Made by a program: the position numbers and the translations under genes. DNA of 63,603 bases, filler included, from Globobulimina sp. (taxonomy: Eukaryota), in the NCBI GenBank assembly GCA_003354225.1. It is 41 parts of 41 records of this genome, joined end to end, with 100 filler letters (N's around TTAATTAATTAA, not from the genome) between each part and the next. Parts side by side here need not be neighbours in the genome. Positions count along the whole stretch, not along the records: positions 62,152 to 63,603 come from PIVH01016441.1; 40 more parts are not named here. The stretch is one strand, 5' to 3'. Below the pieces are notes generated by a model. It was not told the origin of the DNA, did not search any database, and saw only the letters and a list, made by a program, of their open reading frames with translations. Positions 62,052-63,603 of the stretch are shown here, one piece after another (position 1 is the first letter of the stretch; the number at the start of each line of letters is the position of its first letter).

Positions 62052-62391
62052 NNNNNNNNNNNNNNNNNNNNNNNNNNNNNNNNNNNNNNNNNNNNTTAAT
62101 TAATTAANNNNNNNNNNNNNNNNNNNNNNNNNNNNNNNNNNNNNNNNNNNNAAAAGTTTTTTTTTACGAATTCCATTAAACCATTTTATATTAAGCAACT
62201 TGCATAAATTGTCTTTTCTCTTTATATCCAATTAAACAATTAAATATATATTGAATGGCGTTAATCGCTTTCTCTAATGCGTCTAAACTCAATCCTAAAC
62301 ATTCACTTTTCATTGAAAGCATTGTGAAATAAGATTCAGCCAAAAACAGTTAAATTTATTAAAAATTGCTTTGAACTGTTTTCCCCGAATC

Positions 62392-63489
62392 ATGGCAGCC
62401 AAATTGAATAACAATAACAATAAGAAAGCGTTTGAAGTGTCGATTAGTGCTCAAAAAGTGAGCAATGACGAGATGAGTAGCAAAAGAGAGCAAATAATGG
62501 CGGTACGGAATAGGAAATTACAGGCAAGGATGGCCGCTATGGCCAAACGAAGGATGAAAAGATCAGGAAATTCATCATCAACACAACAAAAAGAAGCATT
62601 ACAAGAATTTTCCAAACAATTCACCGCAATGTATGACGTGATCGAAGACGATATTAATAAACAAGAGACCCATCAACAATTTAAAGAATTGAAAATGAGA
62701 GCATTCAAATTAGAGTCGTATTTAGCTGATAATGCCGCCATTTTACCGTCATATACATTTGAAGCAAAAAATCGTATGATGACAAATCTAAAAAATAAAA
62801 TAAATGCTAAACAACAAGAAATTGCACCACAACCAAAGTTTGCATTTGCAACAAAAATGAAATCTCCGAAAAAATCAGGAATTGAGTCAAAAACCCCGGA
62901 AAAAGACAATGATGTTAATATGGAACAAAAAGAGAATATTTTGGCAAAATTGGGTATAAAAGACAATGAAATCAAGATTGAAAACAAAAACTTGGAAACT
63001 ATATGTATTGAATCCGGGACTATCAATGGATCGGATGTTTGTTTATCGAATTTAATGAATTGTACAATATCTATATGTGATTATATCGGCGCATTGCGGA
63101 TGAACAATATCAAACATTGTACAGTTATAACTGGTCCAATATCATCCAGTTTGCATGTGGAATATATTGAGGATTCCACAATAAATGCAATTATGAGGCA
63201 ATGCCGTATTCATTATTGCAAAGATACAAAGTTTTATATTCATACTAATTCTGAGCCAGTGATTGAACATTCTGACAATGTACAATTTGCGCCGTATAAT
63301 GTCAAGTATAAGGAATTAAATCAACATTGTAAAATGGCCAAAGTGGATAAGAGTGTCAATCAATGGAATAAAGTGAAGGATTTTAACTGGTTTAAGCAAC
63401 AACAATCACCACATTGGAGAATTATTGCTGAAGCGGAGAGAAATGATGTTGCGCGGCCTGTGATTGATGAGGACGATGATGAGTTGTAG
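62392..63489 (+). CDS. TBCC: Tubulin-specific chaperone C
   Basis: N-terminal helical bundle (LPSY, PKFAF), then a C-CAP beta-helix with GPI.SS, RQCRIH, PVIEHS, FAPY, W.KVKDFNW.K...SPHW. Confidence 0.92.
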   Translation: MAAKLNNNNNKKAFEVSISAQKVSNDEMSSKREQIMAVRNRKLQARMAAMAKRRMKRSGNSSSTQQKEALQEFSKQFTAMYDVIEDDINKQETHQQFKELKMRAFKLESYLADNAAILPSYTFEAKNRMMTNLKNKINAKQQEIAPQPKFAFATKMKSPKKSGIESKTPEKDNDVNMEQKENILAKLGIKDNEIKIENKNLETICIESGTINGSDVCLSNLMNCTISICDYIGALRMNNIKHCTVITGPISSSLHVEYIEDSTINAIMRQCRIHYCKDTKFYIHTNSEPVIEHSDNVQFAPYNVKYKELNQHCKMAKVDKSVNQWNKVKDFNWFKQQQSPHWRIIAEAERNDVARPVIDEDDDEL

Positions 63490-63603
63490 CTTTTTTATCC
63501 AATTCTTAACAAACACAATAAACTCAGTATAAACCTGTTTGCCATTTAAGTTTTTGAGTTTTTCTTCTTTGAGTTTTTTTTATTAAAATGTAAATGTTTT
63601 TGA

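Noticed and set aside
1456..62151. Regularly spaced TTAATTAATTAA palindromes and ORFs ending in ...XXXLIN
   Set aside because: Artificial contig spacers; any apparent periodicity, operon or gene cluster across them is an artefact.
1..63603. Genome-wide alternative genetic code
   Set aside because: Complete host genes end in TAA, TAG or TGA, and long frames are open under the standard code; internal TGAs are limited to decayed elements and contig 2.

Overview
This window is not a continuous genome region. It is 41 unrelated short contigs (1455 bp falling to 1452 bp, i.e. size-sorted), joined by 100-bp artificial spacers (N44-TTAATTAATTAA-N44), so gene neighbourhood across spacers means nothing. 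Most contigs are AT-rich eukaryotic DNA with short (about 50-70 bp) GT-AG introns. A divergent type-2-like beta-tubulin points to a foraminiferan (Rhizaria/Retaria). Recognisable host genes include LITAF, TYSND1/DEG15, WTAP, NNT, ZIP9, an RluA-family pseudouridine synthase, a CaMK-like kinase, chitin synthase, BPNT1, RRP5, M1 aminopeptidase, a mitochondrial carrier, a dual-specificity phosphatase and TBCC. Some pieces look prokaryotic (SigZ/Omp28, NifS, GMC oxidoreductase, a possibly DPANN-type surface protein). Several of these are fused to unrelated sequence inside single contigs, which suggests whole-genome-amplification chimeras. Mobile DNA is abundant: Ty3/gypsy pol, a decayed non-LTR RT, a Penelope-like element with N-terminal GIY-YIG (permuted order), an internally deleted Tc1/mariner, a hAT-like MITE and an unclassified MITE family seen on two contigs. 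The most unusual item is contig 2. Its 119-bp exact terminal repeat closes it into a 1336-bp circle or tandem unit, which carries a MITE and a 215-codon frame that crosses the junction and contains two in-frame TGA codons. No CRISPR array, rRNA or tRNA is supported, and I found no convincing new multi-gene system. All protein calls are from motif recognition by eye, not database searches.
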